Shown here: positions 24,488 to 35,684 of the stretch, piece by piece
How the letters are laid out: the number at the start of each line of letters is the position of its first letter
How positions within the stretch are numbered: the first letter of the stretch is position 1
Source of the DNA: Podarcis erhardii
Lineage: Eukaryota
Assembly: GCA_964252035.1 (NCBI GenBank)
Contig: OZ176208.1
Length of the DNA stretch: 64,000 bases
Direction: 5' to 3' (one strand)
Translations under genes and position numbers: made by a program
Notes under the pieces: generated by a model
The model's database searches: none
What the model was told of the DNA's origin: nothing
Seen by the model: the letters and a program-made list of their open reading frames with translations, nothing else

Positions 24488-24913
24488 CTAACCAAAGACA
24501 TGTACAAAATGAAAGTCTTAATTATTGGTATCTGAACAATCATAACAACATCCTCTTCTTCTCCACAGTGGCCAACCAGATGCCCTTGGCAGGTCCACAA
24601 TCAGGACGTAAACACAACAATCTTCTCTCACTTTTGTTCACAAGTGACTGGTGTCTTTGTTTCTGGCAATAGCATATATTCATCATCATTCGTAGACATT
24701 GGGCAATGTCTTCTATGAATTTGACTATATATTTAAAGCTATATAAATCTGATTACCCATTGCACATTCCATGTGCCTCAATTAATTACAATTCCATTTT
24801 CTGCTTACTCCTGTCTTCTGCCCCTAATTTATTTATTCGTTTAAATATTTATAAACCACACTTTCATAAAAGTTCATGTCAGTGTACATCATACAAGAAT
24901 TACATCAATGAAA

Positions 24914-24945
<32 letters not shown>

Positions 24946-24949
24946 AATA

Positions 24950-25210
24950 ATAATTTATTATTTATACCCCGCCCATCTGGCTGGGTTTCACCAGCCACTC
25001 TGGGCGGCTTCCAAAAGAATATTAAAGTACTGTGATACATCAAACATTAAAAGCTTCCCTAAACAGGGCTGCCTTCAGATGTCTTCTAAAAGTCTGGTAG
25101 TTGTTGACATCTGGTGGGAGGGCGTTCCACAGGGAGGGCGCCACTACCGAGAAGGCCCTCTGCCTGGTTCCCTGTAACTTGGCTTCTCGCAGTGAGGGAA
25201 CCGCCAGAAT
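24950..25210 (-). mobile_element. L2 LINE 3' end
   Basis: ORF 25040..25231 RAFSVVAPSLWNALP...FRRHLKAALF; adjacent (TAAA)/(TAA) microsatellite. Confidence 0.85.
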
Positions 25211-25439
25211 TGAAACAATTAATAAAAGCATCCATAAATACTGGCTAGTGATTTCAAAGGGCTATCTAAATAACATAATTTTTAGTAAAGACAGGGATGA
25301 TTCTTCAGGCTGGGAGCTCCATGGGACCCCCTACTGGCAGGGATTTCCACAGCCTGTCATACTATAGGCTCAGTCCCTCCAAAGGCCAACCAAACCTCAG
25401 GAGGATCAAAGGATTTCAGTGATTGAAATGGCGCATTAT

Positions 25440-25680
25440 GGTCCTTAAAGTACTTGCAATCCAAGTTGCTTAAGGCTTTGTGAATTAGCACTAGGGACCT
25501 TGAGCCTCACCTGATGGCAAATTGGCAAGTGCTGTCAGCATGCTGCCAGTAGCCAGCTCTTGCATTCTGTACTAGCTTCAGTTTTCAGACCAGATACAGG
25601 GGTAGCCCCACATAGAGCATGTTACAGTAATCAAGTCTTGAGGTTATCAATGCATGGACCACTTTGGTAAGGCTATTACG
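25440..25680 (-). mobile_element. Decayed L2 LINE ORF2 fragment
   Basis: Minus strand translates VVHALITSRLDYCNMLYVGLP...LVQNA, an L2 post-RT motif, with an internal stop. Confidence 0.8.
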
Positions 25681-27043
25681 GCCTTGTTAAGGAATGCAAT
25701 TAATGAGTTAATACTCTACGAGCCAGCAGAGATGAGTCAATGCACCTGAAGGAACTTGAGATTCTCTTATCTGCGTTACTGGGCAGATTTGACAAGTTTC
25801 TTTGTGTATAAAAGGGCTATAGCCTGCTGTGTGGGTTGTGGTAGAAGACGGCAAGAATTGCGGAAGGCTGTCTGTTGGAACTATGGATTTGAGTGAAGAC
25901 TTTTTGAAGAGTTTTTGGACCTCCAGTGACAGAGATGGCTCAAGATGTACCTTGCACTCCTGTTCCTTCAGAGGGACTTCAACCCCAACCAGAACAGACA
26001 ATTGCTATTAGTGCTAAAGGGTGCTCCCAGTGCAAATATCCATCGGAATCATAGATTACCAAGCCTTCTATGTCCTTAGAGAGGTTGCCACAGAGCTCCT
26101 GGGGAAACCCAAGTTCCTTCTGAGAATTCTTTGAAAAATCTTCAAGCCCATTCAGTAGCTTCTGTTATTATTTTCTCTGAATAAAATAGATACCATTCCA
26201 GCCAGCTCCATGCACCCAGCTCATTCCTTCACTCCTACTTCTCTTCTCCTTTAGCATAAGTGGGAATACATAGCTGGAAACGTCAGTTAACCATTGCTTC
26301 TTGTTATGTGTACAGCAAGAACTATGCTTAGCAGCTTCCAAATAAACCAGCATTCGAAAGCTAACTTTAAACATGGCTCCATCTCCTTGTTTATTTGGAA
26401 GCCATGAAGCAGTACCTCAGTTATGTCATAACAAGAAGCAATTGTTAACAAGCGGCTTCTGGGCTGGTTTCCCTGCTCAATTGAAGGTAGGTGCAAAGGA
26501 ACTGTTGCAGATTCATTGAGTACATGCATATCCTGGTTTATAAAGGCAGGAATTGTTTGTGCAAAGATAACCAGCAGTCTCCAGAGAAATGAGGGTTGTT
26601 TCTCAAATTCTGAATTACGTGCTGCGACTGCTCAAATGGGAGCCAATGCTTTAGTAATTCTCCATTGCTGTTGCTTTTTTATTTCCAAATTTTGTACAGA
26701 ATAGTGTGCAAGCATAGTAAGACAATGCCAAATGGATACCAGTGTGCACATCTGCAAAAAGGATCTAAACGCAATCTTATGTGTGATTGCATCAATGTGG
26801 TTTTTTTGTTTTGTTTGTTTTGTAAAGTTTTACCAATGTGCATGTCTGTTATGATTAACTGTAGGAAGGAACCAGAGGTCCAGAAATAGTTTTATTAATT
26901 CTTCTAGCTACTGGAATTCAGGGGGAGTGACATACAGGAAAGAGAACCCAGATAAATAATTAAAAATGGAATGAAGAAACTCCTCTCATCAACAGAAATG
27001 CTGCCAGTTAGATAATGCAAAGTCTTGTCCTCATTTCTCTTAC

Positions 27044-27255
27044 CTGCAGACCAACACGAATTCGCTTGGTTAGTGCTCCCTCTGGAAAGACAGCCTGTAC
27101 TTGAGGTACTACTGTACTGCTTAGCACACCACCCTCAGGTCCAATGAGGTTACTGTCTTGTTTGACTCGGGACACCACTGCAAAGTACTGTGGGAAGTCC
27201 CGAGTGATGATACGACAAATGCGTTTCTTCTCCAGCTCCTCTGGTGTGTCAAGGA
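27044..27255 (-). CDS. ANK2: ANK2 exon, ZU5 to second ZU5 (212 nt): [30 protein letters not shown]...RIRVGLQ
   Basis: TAG acceptor, GTAAG donor; contained in ORF 27008..27307. Confidence 0.96.
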
Positions 27256-27305
27256 CTAAGTAAAAAGAAACCATAGTTAAACCATAATTATTTCCTACAC
27301 TAAAC

Positions 27306-27355
<50 letters not shown>

Positions 27356-27357
<2 letters not shown>

Positions 27358-27661
27358 GTTGCGGCGCTCATCTTGCCTTATTGACCGAGGGAGCCGGCGT
27401 ACAGCTTCCGGGGCATGTGCCCAGCATGACTAAGCCACTTCTGGCGAACCAGAGCAGCGCATGGAAATACTGTTTACCTTCCCGCCGGAGTGGTACCTAT
27501 TTGGTATCTACTTGCACTTTGACGTGCTTTCGAACTGCTAGGTTGGCAGGAGTAGGGACCGAGCAACAGGAGCTCACCCCGTTGCGGGGATTCAAACCAC
27601 CGACCTTCTGATCGGCAAGTCCTAGGCTCTGTGGTTTAACCGACAGCACCATCCGCATCCC
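27356..27661 (-). mobile_element. Sauria SINE, lacking its 3' tail, flanked by (TA)n on both sides
   Basis: Matches the Sauria SINE sequence as I recall it (GGTTAAACCACAGAGCCTAGGACTTGCCGATCAGAAGGTCGG...CTAGCAGTTCGAAAGCACGTCAAAGTGCAAGTAGATA...GAGCGCCGCAACCC). Confidence 0.9.
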
Positions 27662-28535
27662 ATATATATATATATATATATATATGAATGCTTCCTTTCT
27701 GTAGATACAATTTGAGATTGTTCTTAAGTAATGGTTGCAGAATCATAGCCATAGTCAGATAGAAAACTACTGGCAGATCTTATTATATTAAAAATTGTGT
27801 AGTATATTAACTGACTTTTCAGATCGTGCATTGACCAGCCAAAGTAAACCCTCAAAGCTATAAAATTCAAAATTTACTTCTTGCTACTCCTAATGGCCAG
27901 TTTTCCACCCAACACAACACTTCTCTAATTTTCTAGAGATTAGATGTCTCCATGGCTACAGAAAGATTTGTGAACTCTACGTTCAGACTATGTTAATCTT
28001 ATTTGCCACTATGGCCCTACTATTGAATGTAAATGTGGTTGGCAGAAGACCACAGAATGTGTTAGGATTGCCATTAAAGGGTTTCTTCAGATTTTTGCAG
28101 TTTTGTCCAGAATAACAAATCAAAAACTTCATGTCACTTGGATACCCAAATAGATCTTTTACTTAGTGCAGGGAGATTTGACCACAAATTGGCAAATGTG
28201 TTTGTCTTACCCATGAGTCATTTTAAACTGTTCTGACTTACAGAAAGAAGGCAAATGCCACAAGTCTTTTGATGTTCTATTTGTCTTTTTCTACTTATTC
28301 CATCGTATGCCAGGTTAATAGACTGAATGGTCTTGCACACAAATATTCATTGGCCACATGGCATTGTACATGTCAGCTCAGGGGAGAGTTAGCCGCACAG
28401 AAACTACATATAGCAAATATGCATAGCAAATGCATGCAGTGGTTGCAGAATAATGTTTTTATTTATTTTTTAAGTTCATTATCATTTCCTTTCTGTGGCT
28501 TTCAGACCTTTCTCCTTTCTTAGCAGACTGTGTAC

Positions 28536-28690
28536 CTTCATCCATCCCGTTTAGGATTTCATTCAGCTCATCCTCTGTAAATTCACAGAAATGCTCCTTC
28601 CAGTTGTCTCCATTCTCACTGCGCAGGATCACCAGCTCCCTTTCTTTACCACGTAAAGCCGCAAAGTGAGGAATCTCGACAATCACAGGC
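28536..28690 (-). CDS. ANK2: ANK2 ZU5 exon (155 nt): [18 protein letters not shown]...[11 protein letters not shown]
   Basis: TAG acceptor, GTAC donor; contained in ORF 28459..28728. Confidence 0.96.
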
Positions 28691-29818
28691 CTATTACAGC
28701 AACACAGCACGTTAAAGGACTGTGCCAAATGGGCAGCAAATCAATACAAGTTTTCTCAGTCTGTTACAAAGTGACCTGGAATACGGCCGGCTTCTTTGCC
28801 ATTCCTGGATACGATCCTGAAAAAAGCATACTAGAACCACTTTGGCATTATATAGCTTGTTGTTAGGACCAGTGAGCAATGTACTCCCACTTTTTTATTA
28901 TTTAAATAAAAATCACACAGCATCTATGGGACTTGCCAAAGCAGCAGGGGCTGGCATTGGGGCTGTAGAATTATAATCTGGAATGAATAAAGCCCACACA
29001 TTTGAAACTTGTTTTGATGTGTGGAATCCTGTGCAATCACATTTATCATGCAGAATCTACTGTTATCTATGTATATACATATATGGACACATTAAAGAAA
29101 AAATATGATTTATAGGAGAATACAAATCTATTTAAGAAACAGGCCACATCTGTCATCAATCTGCATTGATTTTATATTGGCTCTTTGTTTCAGTTGACAT
29201 TTTCCAGACTCCTAATTTATAGTGAAAATGCCCAAATGATTATTCTATATTAATCTACAAGCGCAAAATCAAATTTCTGCTCATTGTGCCCATATTGTAT
29301 ATATGTTTCATCATAACTTGTGTTTCCCATTTTTGCAAAAACTATAAATACATTTGTGTATCAATAGTCTCACAATAATAACTGAATTACATAGGCCATC
29401 TTGTATATATCATGCTAAGTTCTATGTTATATCCAATATATAACATATCACCGTTGTGTTGGTGACAATAGAGGCAAAATATTGTACAGTAGATTCCTAC
29501 AGTTCCAGTCCAGGTTGCTTTGCGACAGACGTCAAGCACACAACAGCTATAACAACTGTTACATTTCACAGCTAGGAAGTTCTCATGCTAAATCATAAGT
29601 GGAGTTCAAGGAACTTTAAGAAAAGGTACAAACATATCACCAAAACAAAAACCACATACCACAAGGGCTGGAAAATGGTCCACTAAAGGTTAGGTAAATA
29701 CAGAATTTAAAATCATAGAAAGGGACAATGTCATGGGCACAATGACATAAAAATAATATTGCAGAAGGAGAAGAATGGGAAGGCCAGCATCCATCAATTT
29801 GTTTTAAGTCTCTCCTAC

Positions 29819-29917
29819 CCAAGAAATTTGGTCCCTGGAGGCCCCAGCTGAAGGATTCGGCTGACCAAACTTTCTCCCTCATTAAGTGGGGGAGGAGCCG
29901 TAGGCAGGTGAAGTTTA
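29819..29917 (-). CDS. ANK2: ANK2 99-nt exon (phase 2-2): KLHLPTAPPPLNEGESLVSRILQLGPPGTKFLG
   Basis: CAG acceptor, GTAGG donor; matches the ANK2 ZU5 insert peptide. Confidence 0.93.
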
Positions 29918-31545
29918 CTGAGTACATCCAAAGCAGCAGTGAAAGAAAGAAAATAAATAAGCTTTATGTATTTTGTTTTCCAAAACCCCAGTGCACTGTC
30001 TGCTCAAGAGTGGAATTAGGCTGTACACTGAACAGGTTTCTGCCTTGATTTGTTTAGGTATGCCCCACTGATCCTGATAATTCATAAAAAGAGCTCCCCA
30101 TAATTTTGTAACCTTATCTTGTCCTCAGTAGGTTCAGTGGTATGCTAGCCTTGCTTCTAATATTAATGGGAGCAAGATCCAGTCTTCAGGACTTATGAGC
30201 AAATGAATTAATGTAAGGCTTGGCTTGGCAGGAAGTGTTCAGTGACTTTGATTTCACTGCCAGGACGCCACTCAGGAAAGTGCCAGCGGTGTAAGACATG
30301 CCCTTGAGAAATGGTATGTAAACTCTTAGTACATGTGAGTTTCCATAGACATTCCCCACTAGGCTGAAAGGGTGGGGGGGAAAACCAAAAGTTGTTGAGT
30401 TTACTGTGAGTGTATTGGAAGGAGGAGAAACAGGTAGATAGAGGAAGAGAAGAACTGAAAATACAAAATGTGACAGCAAAGGCTTTCCTTAGTTTGGGTT
30501 TGATGCTTTTCTTTAAACAATTTTCTAGTATTCAAGGGCGCTTTCGTAAACCCTAAAAGCAACCCTTTTATCACAGATGTGCATCTACCCATCTTTTCAG
30601 GCTTAGGAATCTTCTAGTTCCTCTATTGAAACACAGCAACAACAAAATAATGAGTTAAATGGTTGATGGTTTTTCCTCCTATGCTGTATTCTAGAGATAT
30701 ATCCCATTCTTTCCCCAAACCCCATTCTCCAGAACTAAATGCTAGTTAAGATAACTGGCTGAAAGTCTAGGGACTACGGGGCCTTAAATTTGCTTCACGC
30801 TGGATTTACGCTGTTCCTTTGACATCTTCATCCTTTTATCGGTTTTCAGCTGAAGCCATTCGCTCTAAGCAGAGGGGGGTTTTCCTTTGATCATCCACTT
30901 TTGGATGCCACCATTGGTAAGGGAAATTGCTGATAAAATAAAAGTGTTGAAAACTGCTGGTTTCAGCAGAAAATTGCTAAAACAAGTGCAGCACGTCTGA
31001 TCTTTCTGTGGGGTACTGCAGTAGAAGGAATAAAATGCAGCCCCAGAAAAATCATAGGTTTGTGCTTCCCAGGCAGTCCCAATTACTGAGAAAATATCCA
31101 CTGAGAGAACACAAGTCCCCCTTGAAAGCAGCTTTAGCTTTTCTTGCATCTTTCAACAGATGTTATATTTACATTTGCAACATTTGTGCTATTTTCATTT
31201 TACCCTTAAAAGCGAATATGTAATTAATTGACTGCAATCACGAAACGATTTCTGCTTTAAAAGCCCAGCGTGGATTAAACAGACTTATTCCAGGAAGCAC
31301 ACTAAACCTTGAGTTGTAGCTACTGGTGCTTTAAATAAGGGGGGAAAACAAAACAAGCTAATTGAATTATTGCTGGCCTAACAGTGTTGCACTTTTCATT
31401 GCAGAGCCCATCAGCATAAAACAAATCAGATACAACATTTTCACTTCGAGCACTGAAGTGCTGAGCCACCCCAGAGTAGATCACAAAACGAAACCATCTT
31501 TTTCATGTTTTTAAAAATTATCTTGGATAATTAAAAAATTCTTAC

Positions 31546-31770
31546 CCAAGAAACTGAGCACCAGAAGGCCCAACTTCAATTAAACGGCTAGCCAGACCTT
31601 CTCCTTCCACCATTGGAGGCATTGTGGCCAGTCTATGACGTTTGACCAACCGGCAGGTAACTCGTGTTGGAGCAGTGCACTTCCGGGGTGGAATAATTAT
31701 TCGAAGTCCATTGTGCCTGCAACCCCGCATAGCACCACCTCGAGCATCCACCATAAAACTGACGAGGAAA
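31546..31770 (-). CDS. ANK2: ANK2 exon, first ZU5 domain (225 nt): [21 protein letters not shown]...GPSGAQFLG
   Basis: CAG acceptor, GTAAG donor; ORF 31542..31754. Confidence 0.97.
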
Positions 31771-34084
31771 CTGAAATTTGGGAGAAATAATGCAATCTGA
31801 TTTGTAAGTCAATCATAATGTTCGTTACTAAATGTCCATTCTTACTGTCCTGTGTCAACCAAAATTATGTGCTGTGTGCTACCCTATATCCACAGCTTTA
31901 ATTGCAATGAAGTAGGTGTGACTATTACTGTATCTCTTTTCAGTAATAAAATAAATAGTAATCAGACCTAAGAAGATAACACATATTTAAACTCATGACA
32001 GTTAAGAGAAATGCAGAGAGACATGATGTGTATTCCTCAGCCTGTAAATATCTCATTTCAACGGGTTGTGTTATGCAACTGCCCACAAAATTCATGGTTG
32101 GCTGTGCTGGTTTGTATATGTCCATCAGCAACATAGTAAAATAAGATTAGGAATAACACTGAATAAAAATAGTATTCGGATACTCAGAGATTACATAATT
32201 ACTGTAAATAAGAAGTCCATTTCAATTTTTGTAAATTTTGTATCTAGCGACTGAAATGAGTAAAGATTCTAGGACAGCAGGCCAGATCCTTATCTGAACC
32301 TAGCCTTGTGGGCCAAATCTGACAGTAGGCAGGGCCCATTTGACATCTCAGTGATGCCATGCCAGCTGATTGAGCACTTTGAAGTCCCTAAACTGTGGGA
32401 CTCCAAACCAACATGCAGAGCTTGGAAGAGTCTGATGCTTTCACTTTACCACCTCTCAGCTAATAGATGGTAGAGGCAAGGCCAGCTTTCTACAGGAGTT
32501 GGCTATGTGAGAAAGTTCCCTGCAGGGAGCACATCCTATCTGGCAGGCTTTGGTTTTACCCCACATCAGTTGGTGGAGGGCAGAGTTGGAACCTGCCTTG
32601 CCAACGCGCAATCAGGTCCACACTTTAAGTTGTGCATTGGCAGTGGTGTCTCTACCTGTCCCACACTGAAGTCACATATGATGCCAGATGTGAGGTGGTT
32701 GGCACAATTCAGGGGAAATGGCCTTGCAGGCTATATTCGAACCCCTGGCAGGTAAAGTGGTGCCAGAGGGTGCATAAGACCTTGATTTGTTTTCATAAAA
32801 ACTATGAATGAAAGCAAGCACATTGCTGGCATTCTTTAACAGCTGGCAAGATCCCCACCAAATGGTTAAGGAAATGTAAAATGGGCTGAAATTGGTGAGA
32901 AAATGTCAACACTATTTTCCCTTCCCAGTTTTCTCTAATGTTGCTTCCCCTTGTTTCCTGCTTTCTCCCATCCTCAGTCCCTTGAAGCAAAATTGCATCC
33001 TTTAATACCTTATACAAATGTATATCAAATACAATACATCACTCTTCACAATCAGAACCTTTCCCCAGTGAGATCTACATGCAGTTATAACAACCCTCCA
33101 AGCTAATGGGTGATAATTAGGAGACACGATTTACCATCCTGAAGCATGCCATGCGCCCTGCATCTTCCCTATTTCACCTCTCTAAGGCTGCCAATACTTT
33201 TTCCCAGCAGGGTTCTTGCCCCTCAACATCCTCATGAAAAGGAAATGAGACATTATGGAACTTCCAGCTACAGCGACAGAAATTATTTCACCTTCCGAAT
33301 TTTCATTTTTTGTGTACATCTCTTAAAAACACACACACACACACACGAAGTTGGCAACTCTACTTCCTACGTAGAGTGCAATTCAGTGTGGTGATTCTGC
33401 CGCAGTCTACAAACTGTTTGTATGCCTCTGGTCTAAATGTGCAAATGTGCTATTTCTTTAGAGATGGAGCTTCTTGGTTTTAACAGGATAATGACATAAT
33501 TCGGGATGCTATTTACACACATTCTCTCTGGGCTGTTTCAGTTAGATAGCATTGAATCTTGAGTTTCAGTTTCCCTCCTACCAGTACTTATGGGTTGATT
33601 TTTCCTTTCTTGAGTCAAAGGTATAATTGATATACTTGTTTTCATAATAATTTAATATGTAAATATATTATTCCTTCTAAGAGTAAAACATTATTCTGGG
33701 TATGTGTCATAGGCCAGATGATCCAATGAAAACTGCAGAGATTCTGGTTCTCTGGTTCTCCCTAAACAGTCTCTTTGGAGTGATCCCTAAACATTTCAGA
33801 ATAATTTCTACAAGGTCACACTTTATATGCACTAATATAAATATAATTCATAATAATTTATTATATGCAACCAATTTTCATAAAGGCATGGAATATCACT
33901 TTTGGATAGAAGGATAAATAATTATTTTCAACAACTCAACCCTACATCTAAAAATGATATAAACTGCAGGAAGGGTCATGCAAAACTTTTTCAGGGAGGT
34001 TTAATTTCAAATGCACAGAACTTGCTTTCATCTGTAAACCTCTGCTCCTACAAGAAAACAAGCTATATCAAATATGATAGTACA

Positions 34085-34086
<2 letters not shown>

Positions 34087-34151
<65 letters not shown>
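34087..34151. repeat. (CT)n(CA)n compound microsatellite
   Basis: Directly visible. Confidence 0.95.
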
Positions 34152-34152
<1 letters not shown>

Positions 34153-35648
34153 GGCTTATCTAGTTGGCCCCTTATGCTCCAATCACGTAACAGAAAGACT
34201 GTCCATGGAGATATGGTAGCAAAAAACTTGCAGAGCTGTACTCATAGTAGGCAACGGGAAGGTTGCGGCATCTATGGATAATTATGAATTGGATGTTTAT
34301 GTTTGCATAGCATCCAGCTAGCAGTCAGAAGACGCTAGACGCTGCTTTTAGCCCACTTCTCATTCTTCCTTCTTACATACTACCATCCCAGAGGATGATC
34401 CTGGTGGTTAGCTTTCTCCTCCTTAGTTTCAGCATTGCCTTTGTAGAATTCAACAGGGACAAGGATGGGGAGAAAACTAGAATTAGTTGGATCTGGCTGC
34501 CATCGCCTCTAGCACCTGCCTTCTGTCCTACCAGTCCCAGTAGTCCTATAGTCACACCAGAGCAAGTGAAACTATGGTTGTAGTCTTTTTACTAATGAAA
34601 ACAGGCAAAAGAGACAGCATGCTACACACAAAACATTCAGATATGCTGTTACATTTGAATTAGTTGGTTAAACAGGCAGGCAGACATGGTTCTCATCACC
34701 CAGCTGGAAACAACAGCCCTCAATAGACTACATCCACCACAGCCTCACACAGGAGGTCTTCAAATTGTGATTACCATTTGATGCAGGGAAACAAGGAGAT
34801 AGCAGCAGACAGTTAGTCACAGTGAGGAATATTAGATACAAAACAGCTTGATCAGGTTGCTTCAGCATTTTTATCAAGTTTGCAAATAATAATAATGCAG
34901 CAAAATAGTTGTGCTGCATTTTAGTGGGACAGCAAAAAACTAAGAGACCAATCAAACGCCTATTTAAAGTTAGTGGGCATGTTTCTCCTTGCATGAAGTC
35001 TACTGAATAGAATTCAAAATGATCTTTGAGAAAGTAAGGACAGATTTTCTCTCGATAAAGGGTACTGCCTACATTTATCTGCATTTAGTTATGCATGATA
35101 ACGTTCCTTAAACTTCAAATGATGTATGCATTTTGTATGCATTTTTAATTACATGAAGGATTTCAACTCAAGACTTGACGGCTCCAGGCATCTGCAATAT
35201 AATTACAACACACTATGCATCTGAATTTATTGAAGAAAATCTGAAATAGAGCTAACGATTTGTAATGCACAATTCTAATTGTAGACTGAATTTTGTTCAT
35301 GTAAAAATATTGCAAGCCTAAGCACTACTTTTAACTTTTTCCAGTTACTTTAGGTATCCAATTAATAATTGCTTACAATATTTTTGTGAGGCAGGGAGTG
35401 TGGGAGAAAAGGATTGCATATGACAAGATTTTGGAGGTTTCTTGCGGGGAGACAATGTATTTCCTTTGTACTCTTCAAATGTAGGCTGTTAACATATTCA
35501 ACAGACAGGCAGAAATATTTCTCCTATACTAAGCAATGAATGGCATCAATGCACCAGAGCATCCTGAGGTGAATAAACAAAAAGGATGACAGAAGAAGGA
35601 AGGCAAAAGGAAGGCAAGTATTAAAAATGAAATTATATATAAGTTCAC

Positions 35649-35684
35649 CTGCTGTTGTCATGGTCAAAACATGGAGATGAGCGG
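35649..35684 (-). CDS. ANK2: ANK2 36-nt alternative microexon (phase 2-2): RSSPCFDHDNSS
   Basis: ttttgctactgttgcag acceptor, AG|GTGAAC donor; resembles the RASPCLERDNSS cassette I recall from mammalian ANK2 isoforms. Confidence 0.85.
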
